From contig OZ024742.1 of NCBI GenBank assembly GCA_964016885.1, positions 4,650,001 through 4,714,000 on the forward strand: a stretch of DNA of 64,000 bases, in the 5' to 3' direction. Each line of letters opens with the position of its first letter. Position 1 is the stretch's first letter. A program made the position numbers and the translations under genes. Under the pieces are notes generated by a model. It was not told where the DNA came from. It searched no databases and saw nothing but the letters and a program-made list of their open reading frames with translations. This stretch comes from Eledone cirrhosa (lineage: Eukaryota). Positions 30,001 to 44,750 of this stretch are shown here, piece by piece.

Positions 30001-33000
30001 AGTAGTTATGGTTATGTTGTATAGTAGTTATAGTTATGTGTTATAGTAGTTATAGTTATGTGGTATAGTAGTTATAATTATGTGGTATAGTCGGTATAGT
30101 TAGGTTGTATAGTAGTTATATCTATGTGGTAGAGTAGTTATAGTTATGTTGTATAGTAGTTATATTTATGTGGTATAGTAGTCATAGTTATGTGGTATAG
30201 TAGTCATAGTTATGTGCTATAGTAGTCATAGTCATGTGGTATAGTAGTTATAGTTATGTTGTATAGTAGTTATAATTATGTGTTATAGGAGTCATAGATA
30301 TGTGGAATAGTAGTTATAGTTATGTGGTTTACTAGTTATAGTTATGTGGTATACTAGTTATAGTTATGTTGTATAGTAGTTATAGTTATGTGGTATCTTA
30401 GTCATAGTTAGGTGGTACAGTAGTTATAGTTATGTGGTATGGTAGTCATAGTTATGTGGTATAGTAGTTATAGTCAGATGGTATAGTAGTTATAGTTATG
30501 TGGTATAGTAGTTATAGTTATGTGGTATAGTAGTTATAGTTTTGTGGTATAGTAGTTATAGTTATGTGGTATAGTAGTCATAGTTATGTGGTATAGTAGT
30601 TATAGTTATGTGGTATAGTAGTTGTAGTTATGTGGTATAGTAGTCATAGTCAGATGGTACAGTAGTTATAGTCAGATGGTATAGTAGTTATAATTATGTA
30701 GTATAGTAGTTATAGTTATGTGGTATAGTAGTTATAGTCAGATGGTATAGTAGTTATAGTTATGTGGTATAGTAGTTATAGTTATGTGGTATAGTAGTGA
30801 TAGTTATGTGGGATAGTAGTTATAGTTATGTGGTATAGTAGTCATAGTTATGTGGTATAGTAGTTATAGTTATGTGGTCTAGTAGTCATAGTCATGTGGT
30901 ATAGTAGTTATAATTATGTGATAAAGTAGTTATAGTTAGGTTGTATATTAGTTATATCTATGTGGTAGAGTAGTTATAGTTATGTTGTATAGTAGTTATA
31001 TTTATGTGGTATAGTAGTCATAGTTATGTGGTATAGTAGTTATAGTTATGTGCTATAGTAGTCATAGTCATGTGGTATAGTAGTTATAATTATGTGGTAG
31101 AGTAGTTATAGTTAGGTTGTATAGTAGTTATAGTTATGTGGTAGAGTAGTTATAGTTATGTTGTATAGTAGTTATAGTTATGTGGTATAGGAGTCATAGT
31201 TATGTGGTATAGTAGTTATAGTTATGTGGTTTAGTAGTTATAGTTATGTTGTATAGTAGTTATAGTTATGTGGTATCTTAGTCATAGTTATGTGGTACAG
31301 TAGTTATAGTTATGTGGTATGGTAGTCATAGTTATGTGGTATAGTAGTTATAGTTATGTGGTAGAGTAGTTATAGTCAGATGGTATAGTAGTTATAGTTA
31401 TGTGGTATAGTAGTTATAGTTATGTGGTATAGTAGTTATAGTTATGTGGTATAGTAGTTATAGTTATGTGGTATAGTAGTCATAGATATGTGGTATAGTA
31501 GTTATAGTTATGTGGTATAGTAGTTATAGTTATGTGGTATAGTAGTCATAGTTATGTTGTATAGTAGTTATAGTTATGTGGTATAGTAGTTATAGTCAGA
31601 TGGTATAGTAGTTATAGTTATGTGGTATAGTAGTTATAGTTTTGTGATATAGTAATTATAGGTATGTGGTATAGTAGTTATAGTTAGGTGGTATAGTAAT
31701 CATAATCAGATGGTATAGTAGTTATAGTTATGTGTTATAGTAGTTATAGTTATGTGGTATAGTAGTTATAGTTATGTGGTATAGTAGTCATAGTTATGTG
31801 GTATAGTAGTTATAGTTATGTGGTATAGTAGTTCTAGTCAGATGGTATAATAGTTATAATTATGTGGTATAGTAGTTATAGTTTTGTGATATAGTAGTTA
31901 TAGTTATGTGGTATAGTAGTTATAGTTTTGTGATATAGTAGTTATAGTTATGTGGTATAGTAGTTATAGTGAGATGGTATAGTAGTTATAATTATGTGGT
32001 ATAGTAGTTATAACTATGTGGTATAGTAGTTATAGTTATGTGGTATAGTAGTTACAGTCAGATGGTATAGTAGTTATAATTATGTGGCATAGTAGTTATG
32101 GTTATGTTGTATAGTAGTTATAGTTATGTGTTATAGTAGTTATAGTTATGTGGTATAGTAGTTATAGTTATGTGGTATAGTAGTTATAGTTTTGTGATAT
32201 AGTAGTTATAGTTATGTGGTATAGTAGTTGTAGTTATGTGGTATAGTAGTCATAGTCAGATGGTATAGTAGTTATAGTCAGATGGTATAGTAGTTATAAT
32301 TATGTGGTATAGTAGTTATAGTTATGTGGTATAGTAGTTATAGTCAGATGGAATAGTAGTTATAGTTATGTGGTATAGTAGTTATAGTTTTGTGGTATAG
32401 TAGTTATAGTTATGTGGTATAGTAGTTATAGTTATGTGGTATATTAGTCATAGTTATGTGGTATAGTAGTTATAGTTCTGTGGTATAGTAGTCATAGTCA
32501 TGTGGTATAGTAGTTATAATTATGTGGTATAGTAGTTATAGTTAGGTTGTATAGTAGTTATATCTATGTGGTAGAGTAGTTATAGTTATGTTGTATAGTA
32601 GTGATAGTTATGTGGTATAGTAGTCATAGTTATGTGGTAGAGTAGTTATAGTTATGTTGTATAGTAGTTATAATTATGTGGTATAGGAGTCATAGTTATG
32701 TGGTATAGTAGTTATATTTATGTGGTTTAGTAGTTATAGTTATGTGGTATAGTAGTTATAGTTATGTTGTATAGTAGTTATAGTTATGTGGTATCTTAGT
32801 CATAGTTAGGTGGTACAGTAGTTATAGTTATGTGTTATGTTAGTCATAGTTATGTGGTATAGTAGTTATAGTTATGTGGTATAGTAGTTATAGTCAGATG
32901 GTATAGTAGTTATAGTTACGTGGTATAGTAGTTATAGTTATGTGGTATAGTAGTTATAGTTATGTGGTATAGTAGTTATAGTTATGTGGTATAGTAGTCA

Positions 33001-36000
33001 TAGTTATGTGGTATAGTAGTTATAGTTATGTGCTATGGTAGTCATAGTCATGTGGTATAGTAGTTATAGTTATGTGGTATAGTAGTTATAGTTAGATTAT
33101 ATAGTAGTTATAGTTTTGTGGTAGAGTAGTTATAGTTATGTGATGTTGTAGTTATAGTTATGTGGTATAGTAGTCATAGTTATGTGGTATAGTAGTTATA
33201 GTTATGTTGTATAGTAGTTATAGTTATGTGGTATAGTAGTCATAGTTATGTGCTATAGTAGTTATAGTTATGTGGTATAGTAGTCATAGTCAGATTGTAT
33301 GTTAGTTATAGTCATATGGTATAGTAGTTATAGTTATGTGGTGTATTAGTTATAGTTATGTGGTATAGTAGTAATAGTTATGTGGTATATTAGTCATAGT
33401 TAGATTGTATAGTAATTATAGACAAATGGTATAGTAGTCATAGTTATGTGCTATAGTAGTCATACTTATGTGGTATAGTACTCATAGTTATGTTGTATAG
33501 TAGTTATATTATGTAGTATAGTAGTCATAATTATGTGGTATAGTAGTTATAGTTTTGTGATATAGTAGTTATAGTTATGTGGTATAGTAGTTATAGTTTT
33601 GTGATATAGTAGTTATAGTTATGTCGTATAGTAGTTATAGTGAGATGGTATAGTAGTTATAATTATGTGGTATAGTAGTTATAACTATGTGGTATAGTAG
33701 TTATAGTTATGTGGTATAGTAGTTACAGTCAGATGGTATAGTAGTTATAATTATGTGGCATAGTAGTTATGGTTATGTTGTATAGTAGTTATAGTTATGT
33801 GTTATAGTAGTTATAGATATGTGGTATAGTAGTTATAGTTATGTGGTATAGTAGTTATAGTTTTGTGATATAGTAGTTATAGTTATGTGGTATAGTAGTT
33901 GTAGTTATGTGGTATAGTAGTCATAGTCAGATGGTATAGTAGTTATAGTCAGATGGTATAGTAGTTATAATTATGTGGTATAGTAGTTATAGTTATGTGG
34001 TATAGTACTTATAGTCAGATGGAATAGTAGTTATAGTTATGTGGTATAGTAGTTATAGTTATGTGGTATAGTAGTTATAGTTATGTGGTATAGTAGTTAT
34101 AGTTATGTGGTATAGTAGTTATATCTATGTGGTAGAGTAGTTATAGTTATGTGGTAGAGTAGTTATAGTTATGTTGTATAGTAGTTATAATTCTGTGGTA
34201 TAGGAGTCATAGTTATGTGGTACAGTAGTTATAGTTATGTGGTTTAGTAGTTATAGTTATGTGGTATAGTAGTTATAGTTATGTTGTATAGTAGTTATAG
34301 TTATGTGGTATCTTAGTTATAGTTAGGTGGTACAGTAGTTATAGTTATGTGGTATGGTAGTCATAGTTATGTGGTATAGTAGTTATAGTTATGTGGTATA
34401 GTAGTTATAGTCAGATGGTATAGTAGTTATAGTTATGTGGTATAGTAGTTATAGTTATGTGGTATAGTAGTTATAGTTTTGTGGTATAGTAGTTATAGTT
34501 ATGTGGTATAGTAGTCATAGTTATGTGGTATAGTAGTTATAGTTATGTGGTATAGTAGTTGTAGTTATGTGGTATAGTAGTCATAGTCAGATGGTATAGT
34601 AGTTATAGTCAGATGGTATAGTAGTTATAATTATGTGGTATAGTAGTTATAATTATGTGGTATAGTAGTTATAGTTATGTGGTAGAGTAGTTATAGTTAT
34701 GTTGTATAGTAGTTATAGTTATGTGGTATAGGAGTCATAGTTATGTGGTATAGTAGTTATAGTTATGTTGTATAGTAGTTATAGATATGTGGTATCTTAT
34801 TCATAGTTATGTGGTACAGTAGTTATAGTTATGTGGTATGGTAGTCATAGTTATGTGGTATAGTAGTTATAGTTGTGTGGTAGAGTAGTTATAGTCAGAT
34901 GGTATAGTAGTTATAGTTATGTGGTATAGTAGTTAAAGTTATGTGGTATAGTAGTTATAGTTATGTGGTATAGTAGTTATAGTTATGTGGTATAGTAGTC
35001 ATAGTTATGTGGTATAGTAGTTATGGTTATGTGCTATAGTAGTCATAGTCATGTGGTGTAGTAGTTATAGTTATGTGGTATAGTAGTTATAGTTAGATTA
35101 TATAGTAGTTATAGTTATGTGGTAGAGTAGTTATAGTTATGTGGTGTTGTAGTTATAGTTATGTGGTATAGTAGTCATAGTTATGTGGTATAGTAGTTAT
35201 AGTTATGTTGTATAGTAGTTATAGTTATGTGGTATAGTAGTCATAGTTATGTGGTAGAGTAGTTATAGTTATGTTGTATAGTAGTTATAGTTATGTGGTA
35301 TAGGAGTCATAGTTATGTGGTATAGTAGTTATAGTTATGTGGTTTAGTAGTTATAGTTATGTGGTATAGTAGTTATAGTTATGTTGTATAGTAGTTATAG
35401 TTATGTGGTATCTTAGTCATAGTTATGTGGTACAGTAGTTATAGTTATGTGGTATGGTAGTCATAGTTATGTGGTATAGTAGTTATAGTTATGTGGTATA
35501 GTAGTTATAGTCAGATGGTATAGTAGTTATAGTTATGTGGTATAGTAGTTATAGTCAGATGGTATAGTAGTTATAGTTATGTGATATAGTAGTTATATTT
35601 ATGTTGTATAGTAGTTATAGTTATGTGGTATAGTAGTCATAGTTATGTGGTATAGTAGTTATAGTTATGTGGTATCGTAGTTATAGTTATGTGGTATAGC
35701 AGTTATAGTTATGTGGTATCGTAGTTATAGTTATGTGGTATATTATTCATAGTTAGATGGTATAGTAGTTATAGTCAGATGGTATATTAGTTATAGTTAC
35801 GTGGTATAGTAGTTATAGTTATGTGGTATAGTAGTTATAGTTATGTGGTATAGTAGTTATAGTTATGTGGTATAGTAGTCATAGATATGTGGTATAGTAG
35901 TCATAGATATGTGGTATAGTAGTTATAGTTATGTGGTATAGTAGTCATAGTTATGTTGTATAGTAGTTATAGTTATGTGGTATAGTAGTTATAGTCAGAT

Positions 36001-39000
36001 GGTATAGTAGTTATAGTTATGTGGTATAGTATTTATAGGTTTGTGATATAGTAATTATAGGTATGTGGTATAGTAGTTATAGTTAAGTGGTATAGTAGTC
36101 ATAGTCAGATGGTATAGTAGTTATAGTTAGATGGTATAGTAGTTATAATTATGTGGTATAGTAGTTATAGTTATGTGGTATAGTAGTTATAATTATGTGG
36201 TATAGTAGTTATAGTTAGGTTGTATAGTAGTTATATCTATGTGGTAGAGTAGTTATAGTTATGTTGTATAGTAGTTATAGTTATGTGGTATAGTAGTCAT
36301 AGTTATGTGGTATAGTAGTTATAGTTATGTGCTATAGTAGTCATAGACATGTGGTATAGTAGTTATAATTATGTGGTATAGTAGTTATAGTTAGGTTGTA
36401 TAGTAGTTATAGTTATGTGGTAGAGTAGTTATAGTTATGTTGTATAGTAGTGATAGTTATGTGGTATAGTAGTCATAGTTATGTGGTAGAGTAGTTATAG
36501 TTATGTTGTATAGTAGTTATAGTTATGTGGTATAGGAGTCATAGTTATGTGGTATAGTAGTTATAGTTATGTGGTTTAGTAGTTATAGTTATGTGGTATA
36601 GTAGTTATAGTTATGTTGTATAGTAGTTATAGTTATGTGGTATCTTAGTCATAGTTAGGTGGTACAGTAGTTATAGTTATGTGTTATGTTAGTCATAGTT
36701 ATGTGGTATAGTAGTTATAGTTATGTGGTATAGTAGTTATAGTTATGTGGTATAGTAGTTATAGTTATGTGGTATAGTAGTTATAGTTATGTGGTATAGT
36801 AGTCATAGTTATGTGGTATAGTAGTTATAGTTATGTGGTATAGTAGTCATAGTCATGTGGTATAGTAGTTATAGTTATGTGGTATAGTAGTTATAGTTAG
36901 ATTATATAGTAGTTATAGTTTTGTGGTAGAGTAGTTATAGTTATGTGGTGTTGTAGTTATAGTTATGTGGTATAGTAGTCATAGTTATGTGGTATAGTAG
37001 TTATAGTTATGTTGTATAGTAGTTATAGTTATGTGGTATAGTAATCATAGTTATGTGCTATAGTAGTTATAGTTATGTGGTATAGTAGTCATAGTCAGAT
37101 TGTATGTTAGTTATAGTCATATGGTATAGTAGTTATAGTTATGTGGTGTATTAGTTATAGTTATGTGGTATAGTAGTTATAGTTATGTGGTATATTAGTC
37201 ATAGTTAGATTGTATAGTAATTATAGACAAATGGTATAGTAGTTATAGTTATGTGCTATAGTAGTCATACTTATGTGGTATAGTACTCATAGTTATGTTG
37301 TATAGTAGTTATATTATGTAGTATAGTAGTCATAATTATGTGGTATAGTAGTTATAGCTATGTGGTATAGTAGTTATAGTTATGTGGTATAGTAGTTAAA
37401 GTCAGATGGTATAGTAGTTATAATTATGTGGCATAGTAGTTATAGTTATGTGGTATAGTAGTTATAGTTATGTGGTATAGTAGTTATAGTTATGTGGTAT
37501 ATTAGTTATAGTTATGTGGTATAGTAGTTACAGTTATGTGCTATAGTAGTTATAGTTTTGTGATATAGTAGTTATAGTTATGTGGTATAGTAGTTATAGC
37601 TATGTGGTATAGTAGTCATAGTCAGATGGTATAGTAGTTATAGTCAGATTGTATAGTACTTATAATTATGTGGTATAGTAGTTATAGTTATGTGGTGTAA
37701 TAGTTATAATCAGATGGTATAGTAGTTATAGTTATGTGGTATAGTAGTTATAGCTATTTGCTATAGTATTTATAGTTATGTGGTATATTAGTTATAGTTA
37801 TGTGCTATAGTAGTTATAGTTATTTGGTATAGTATATATATAGTTATGTGCTATAGTAGTCATAGTCATGTGGTATAGTAGTTAAAATTATGTGGTATAG
37901 TAGTTATAGTTAGGTTGTATAGTAGTTATAGTTATGTGTTATAGTTATCATAGTTATGTCGTGTAGTAGTTATAGTTATGTGGTATAGTAGTTATAGTTA
38001 TGTGGTATAGTAGTTATAGTTATGTTGTATAGTAGTTATAGTTATGTGGTATCTTAGTCATAGTTATGTGGTACAGTAGTTATAGTTATGTGGTATAGTA
38101 TTTATAGTCAGATGGTATAGTAGTTATAGTTATGTGGTATAGTAGTTATAGTTATGTGGTATAGTAGTTATAGTTATGTGGTATAGTAGTTATAGTTATG
38201 TGGTATAGTAGTTATAGTTATGTGCTATAGTAGTCATAGTCATGTGGTATAGTAGTTATAGTTATGTGGTATAGTAGTTATAGTTAGGTTGTATAGTAGT
38301 TATAGTTATGTGGTATAGTAGTTATAGTTATGTGGTATAGTAGTCATAGTTATGTGGTATAGTAGTTAGAGTTATGTGGTATAGTAGTTATAGTTATATG
38401 GTATAGTAGTTATAGTCATGTTGTATAGTAGTTATATTTATGTGGTATAGTAGTCATAGTTATGTGGTATAGTAGTTATATGTATGTGGTATAGTAGTTA
38501 TAGTCACATGGTATAGTAGTTATAGTTATGTGGTATAGTAGTTATAGTTATGTGGTATAGTAGTTATAGTTATGTGGTATAGTAGTTATCGTCAGATGGT
38601 ATAGTAGTTATAGTTATGTGGTATAGTAGTTATAGACAGATGGTATAGTAGTTATAGTTATGTGGTATAGTAGTTATAGTTATGTTGTATAGTAGCTATA
38701 GTTATGTGCTATAGTAGTCATAGTCATGTGGTATAGTAGTTATAGTTATGTGGTATAGTAGTTATAGTTATGTTGTATAGTAGCTATAGTTATGTGATAT
38801 AGTAGTCATAGTTATGTGGTATAGTAGTTATAGTTATGTGGTATAGTAGTTATTGTTACGTGGTATAGTAGTTATAGTTATGTGGTATAGTAGTTATAGT
38901 TATGTGCTATAGTAGTTATAGTTATGTGCTATAGTAGTTATAGTTATGTGGTATATTAGTCATATTTAGAGGGTATAGTAATTATAGTCAGATGGTATAG

Positions 39001-42000
39001 TGGTTATAGTTATGTGGTATAGTAGTTATAGTTATGTGGTATAGTAGTTATAGTTATGTGGTATAGTAGTCATAGTTATGTGGTATAGTAGTTAGAGTTA
39101 TGTGGTATAGTAGTTATAGTTATGTGGTATAGTAGTTATAGTTATGTGTTATAGTAGTCATACTTATGCGGTTTAGTGGTCATAGTTATGTTGTATAGTA
39201 GTTATATTCAGATGGTATAGTAGTTATAGTTATGTGGTATAGTAGTTATAGTTTTGTGATATAGTAGTTATAGTTTTGTGATATAGTAGTTATAGTTATG
39301 TGGTATAGTAGGTATAGTTATGTGATATAGTAGTTATAGTCATATGGTATATTAGTTATAATTATGTGGTAGAGTAGTTATAGTTATGTGGTCTAGTAGT
39401 TATAATTATGTGGTATAGTAGTTAAAATCAGATGGTATAGTAATTATAGTTATGTGGTATAGTAGTTATAGTCAGATGGTATAGTAGTTATAATTATGTG
39501 GCATAGTAGTTATAGTTATGTGGTATAGTAGTTATAGTTATGTGGTTTAGTAGTTATAGTTATGTGGTATAGTAGTTATAGTTATGTGGTATAGTAGTTA
39601 TAGTTATGTGGTATAGTAGTTATAGTTATGTTGTATAGTAGTTATAGTCAGATGGTATAGTAGTTATAGTTATGTGGTATAGTAGTTATAGTTATGTGGT
39701 TTAGTAGTTATAGTTATGTTGTATAGTAGTTATAGTCAGATGGTATAGTAGTTATAGTTATGTGGTATAGTAGTCGTAGTTATGTGGTATAGTAGTTACA
39801 GTTATGTGGTATAGTAGTTATAGTAATATGATATAGTAGTTATAGTTATTTGGTATAGTAGTTATAGTTATGTGGTATAGTAGTCATAGTCAGATGGTAT
39901 AGTAGTTATAGTTATGTGGTATAGTAGTCATAGTTATATGGTATAGTAGTTATAGTTATGTGGTGTAGTAGTCATAGTTGTGTTGTGTAGTAGTTATAGT
40001 TATGTGGTATAGTAGTTATAGTTATGTTGTATAGTAGTTATAGTTATGTGGTATAGTAATCATAGTTATGTGGTATAGTAGTTATATGTATGTGGTATAG
40101 TAGTTATAGTCACATGGTATAGTAGTTATAGTTATGTGGTATAGTAGTTATAGTTATGTGGTATAGTAGTTATATTTATTTGGTATAGTAGCTATCGTCA
40201 GGTGGTATAGTAGTTATAGTTATGTGGTATAGTAGTTATAGTCAGATGGTATAGTAGTTATAGTTATGTGGTATAGTAGTCATATTCAGATGGTATAGTA
40301 GTTATAGTCAGATGGTATAGTAGTTATAGTTATTTGGTATAGTAGTTATAGTTATGTGGTATAGTAGTTATAGTTATGTGGTATAGTAGTTATAGTTATG
40401 TTGTATAGTAGTTATAGTTATGTGGTATAGTAGTCATAGTTATGTGGTATGGTAGTTATATGTATGTGGTATAGTAGTTATAGTCACATGGTATAGTAGT
40501 TATAGTTATGTGGTATAGTAGTTATAGTTATGTGGTATAGTAGTTATAGTTATGTGGTATAGTAGTCATAGTTATGTGGTATGGTAGTTATATGTATGTG
40601 GTATAGTAGTTATAGTCACATGGTATAGTAGTTATAGTTATGTGGTATAGTAGTTATAGTTATGTGGTATAGTAGTTATAGTTATGTGGTATAGTAGTTA
40701 TAGTCAGATGGTATAGTAGTTATAGTTATGTGGTATAGTAGTTATAGTTATGTTGTATAGTAGTTATAGTTATATGGTATAGTAGTCATAGTTATGTGGT
40801 ATAGTAGTTATAGTTAAGTGGTATAGTAGTTATAATTATGTGGTATAGTAGCTATCGTCAGATGGTATAGTAGTTATAGTTATGTGGTATAGTAGTTATC
40901 GTCAGATGGTATAGTAGTTATAGTTATTTGATATAGTAATTATAGTTATGTGGTATAGTAGTTATAGTTATGTGGTATAGTAGTCATAGTCAGATGGTAT
41001 ACTAGTTATAGTTATTTGGTATAGTAGTTATAGTTGTGTGGTGTAGTAGTTATAGTTATGTGGTATAGTAGTTATATTTATGTTGTATAGTAGTTATAGT
41101 TATGTGGTATAGTAGTCATAGTTATGTGGTATAGTAGTTATATGTATGTGGTATAGTAGTTATATTCACATGGTATAGTAGTTATAGTTATGTGGTATAG
41201 TAGTTATAGTTATGTGGTATAGTAGTCATAGTTATGTGGTATAGTAGTTATAGTTATGTGGTATAGTACTTATAGATATGTTGTATAGTAGTTATAATTA
41301 TGTGGTATAGTAGTTATAGTTATGTGGTATAGTAGTTATATTTATGTGGTATAGTAGTCATAGTCAGATGGTATAGTAGTTATAGTTATGTGGTATAGTA
41401 GTTATAGTTATGTTGTATAGTAGTTATAGTTATGTGGTATAGTAGTCATAGTCAGATGGTATAGTAGCTATAGTCAGATTGTATAGCAGTTATAGTTATG
41501 TTGTATAGTAGCCATAGTTATGCTGTATAGTAGTTATAGTTATGTGGTATAGTAGTTATAATTATGTGGTATAGTAGTCATAGTTATGTGGTATAGTAGT
41601 TATAGTTATGTGGTATAGTAGTTATAGTTATGTGATATAGTAGTTATAGTTATGTGGTATAGTAGTTATAGTTATGTGGTATAGTAGTTATAGTTATGTG
41701 GTATAGTAGTTATAGTTATGTGATTTAGTAGTCATAGTTATGTGGTATAGTAGTTATGGTTATGTCGTATAGTAGTTATAGTCAGATGGTATAGTAGTTA
41801 TAGTTATGTGCTATAGTAGTCATAGTTATGTGGTATATTAGTCATAGTTATGTTGTATAGTAGTTATAGTTATGTGGTATAGTAGTCGTAGTTAAGTGGT
41901 ATAGTAGTTACAGTTATGTTATATAGTAGTTATAGTCATATGATATAGTAGTTATAGTTATGTGGTATAGTAGTTATGGTTATGTGGTATAGTAGTCATA

Positions 42001-44750
42001 GTCAGATGGTGTAGTAGTTATAGTTATGTGGTATAGTAGTCATAGTTATGTGGTATAGTAGTTATAGTTATGTGGTATAGTAGTCATAGTTGTGTGGTGT
42101 AGTATTTATAGTTATGTGGTATAGTAGTTATCTTTAGGTTGTATAGTAGTTATAGTTATGTGGTAGAGTAGTTATAGTTATGTGGTATAGTAGTTATAGT
42201 TATGGGGTATAGTAGTTATAGTTATGTTGTATAGTAGTTATAGTTATGTGGTATAGTAGTCATAGTTATGTGGTATAGTAGTTATATGTATGTGGTATAG
42301 TAGTTATAGTCACCTGGTATAGTAGTTATAGTTATGTGGTATAGTAGTTATAGTTATGTGGTATAGTAGTTATATTTATTTGGTATAGTAGCTATCGTCA
42401 GATGGTATAGTAGTTAAAGTTATGTGGTATAGTAGTTATAGTCAGATGGTATAGTAGTTATAGTTATGTGGTATATTAGTCATAGTCAGATGGTATAGTA
42501 GTTATAGTCAGATGGTATAGTAGTTATAGTTATTTGGTATAGTAGTTATAGTTATGTGGTATAGTAGTTGTAGTTATGTGGTATAGTAGTTATAGTTATG
42601 TTGTATAGTAGTTATAGTTATGTGGTATAGTAGTCATAGTTATGTGGTATAGTAGTTATATGTATGTGGTATAGTAGTTATAGTCACATGGTATAGTAGT
42701 TATAGTTATGTGGTATTATAGTTATAGTTATGTGGTATAGTAGTTATAGTTATGTGGTATAGTAGCTATCGTCAGATGGTATAGTAGTTATACTTATGTG
42801 GTATAGTAGTTATAGTCAAATGGTATAGTAGTTATAGTTATGTGGTATAGTAGTTATAGTTATGTTGTATAGTAGTTATAGTTATATGGTATAGTAGTCA
42901 TAGTTATGTGGTATAGTAGTTATAGTTATGTGGTATAGTAGTTATAATTATGTGGTATAGTAGCTATCGTCAGATGGTATAGTAGTTATAGTTATGTGGT
43001 ATAGTAGTTATCGTCAGATGGTATAGTAGTTATAGTTATGTGGTATAGTAGTTATAGTTATTTGATATAGTAATTATAGTTATGTGGTATAGTAGTTATA
43101 GTTATGTGGTATAGTAGTCATAGTCAGATGGTATACTAGTTATAGTTATTTGGTATAGTAGTTATAGTTATGTGGTATAGTCGTTATAGTTATGTGGTAT
43201 ATTAGTCATAGTTAGATGGTATAGTAGTTATAGTCAGATGGTAAAGTAGTTAAAGTTATGTGGTATAGTAGTTATAGTTATGTGGTATAGTAGTTATAGT
43301 TATGTGGTATAGTAGTTATAGTTATGTGGTATAGTAGCTATCGTCAGATGGTTTAGTAGTTATAATTATGTGGTATAGTAGTTATAGTCAGATGGTATAG
43401 TAGTTATAATTATGTGGTATAGTAGTTATAGTCAGATGGTATAGTAGTTATAATTATGTGGCATAGTAGTTATAGTTATGTGGTATAGTAGTTATAAATA
43501 TGTTGTATAGTAGTTATGTCGTATAGTAGTCATAGTTATGTGGTATAGTAGTTATAGTTATGTGGTATAGTAGTTATAGTTATGTGGTATAGTAGTTATA
43601 GTTATGTGGTATAGTAGTTATAGTTTTGTGATATAGTATTTATAGTTATGTGGTACAGTAGTTATAGTTATGTGGTATAGTAGTTATAGTCCGATGGTAA
43701 AGTAGTTATAGTTATGTGCTATAGTAGTCATAGTTATGTGGTATAGTAGTTATAGTTATGTGCTATAGTAGTCATAGTCATGTCGTATAGTAGTTATAGT
43801 TATGTGGTAGTGTAGTTATAGTTATGTGCTATAGTAGTTATAGTTATGTGGTATAGTAGTCATAGTTATGTGGTATAGTAGTTATAGTTATGTGGTATAG
43901 TACTTATAGTTATGTTGTATAGTAGTTATAATTATGTGGTATAGTAGTTATAGTTATGTGGTATAGTAGTTATATTTATGTGGTATAGTAGTCATAGTCA
44001 GATGGTATAGTAGTTATAGTTATGTGGTATAGTAGTTATACTTATGTTGTATAGTAGTTATAGTTATGTGGTATAGTAGTCATAGTCAGATGGTATAGTA
44101 GCTATAGTCAGATGGTATAGCAGTTATAGTTATGTTGTATAGTAGCCATAGTTATGTTGTATAGTAGTTATAGTTATGTGGTATAGTAGTTATAATTATG
44201 TGGTATAGTAGTCATAGTTATGTGGTATAGTAGTTATAGTTATGTGGTATAGTAGTTATAGTTATGTGATATAATAGTCATAGTTATGTGGTATAGAAGT
44301 TATAGTTATGTGGTATAGTAGTTATAGTTATGTGATATAGTAGTTATAGTTATGTGGTATAGTAGTTATAGTTATGTGGTATAGTAGTCATAGTTATGTG
44401 GTATAGTAGTTATAGTTATGTGGTATAGTACTTATAGTTATGTTGTATAGTAGTTATAATTATGTGGTATAGTTGTTATAGTTATGTGGTATAGTAGTCA
44501 TAGTTATGTGGTATAGTAGTTATAGTCAGCTGGTATAGTAGTTATAGTTATGTGATATAGTAGTATAGTAAGGTGGTATAGTAATTATAGTTATGTGGTA
44601 TAGTAGTTATAGTTATGTGGTATAGTAGTCATACATAGTCAAGTGGTATAGTAGTTATCGTTATATGGTAGAGTAGTTAGAATTATGTGGTATACTAATT
44701 ATAGTTTTGTGGTATAGTATTTATAGTCAGACGGTATAGTAGTTATAGTG
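1..44750. repeat. Satellite DNA array, 22-bp monomer GTGGTATAGTAGTTATAGTTAT (~2,000 copies); continues beyond the left edge of the window
   Basis: The pattern recurs in register every 110 bp (5 x 22). Monomers differ mostly by substitutions with rare 1-2 bp indels. Stop codons occur in all frames and the ORF track is empty here. The array ends at ...AGTTATAGTGAGGAG (~44750). Confidence 0.98.

Noticed and set aside
1-44750. Satellite as a CRISPR array, telomere repeat or repetitive protein gene
   Set aside because: There are no unique spacers or cas genes and it is not TTAGGG-like. The 22-bp period shifts frame and hits TAG/TAA stops on both strands.
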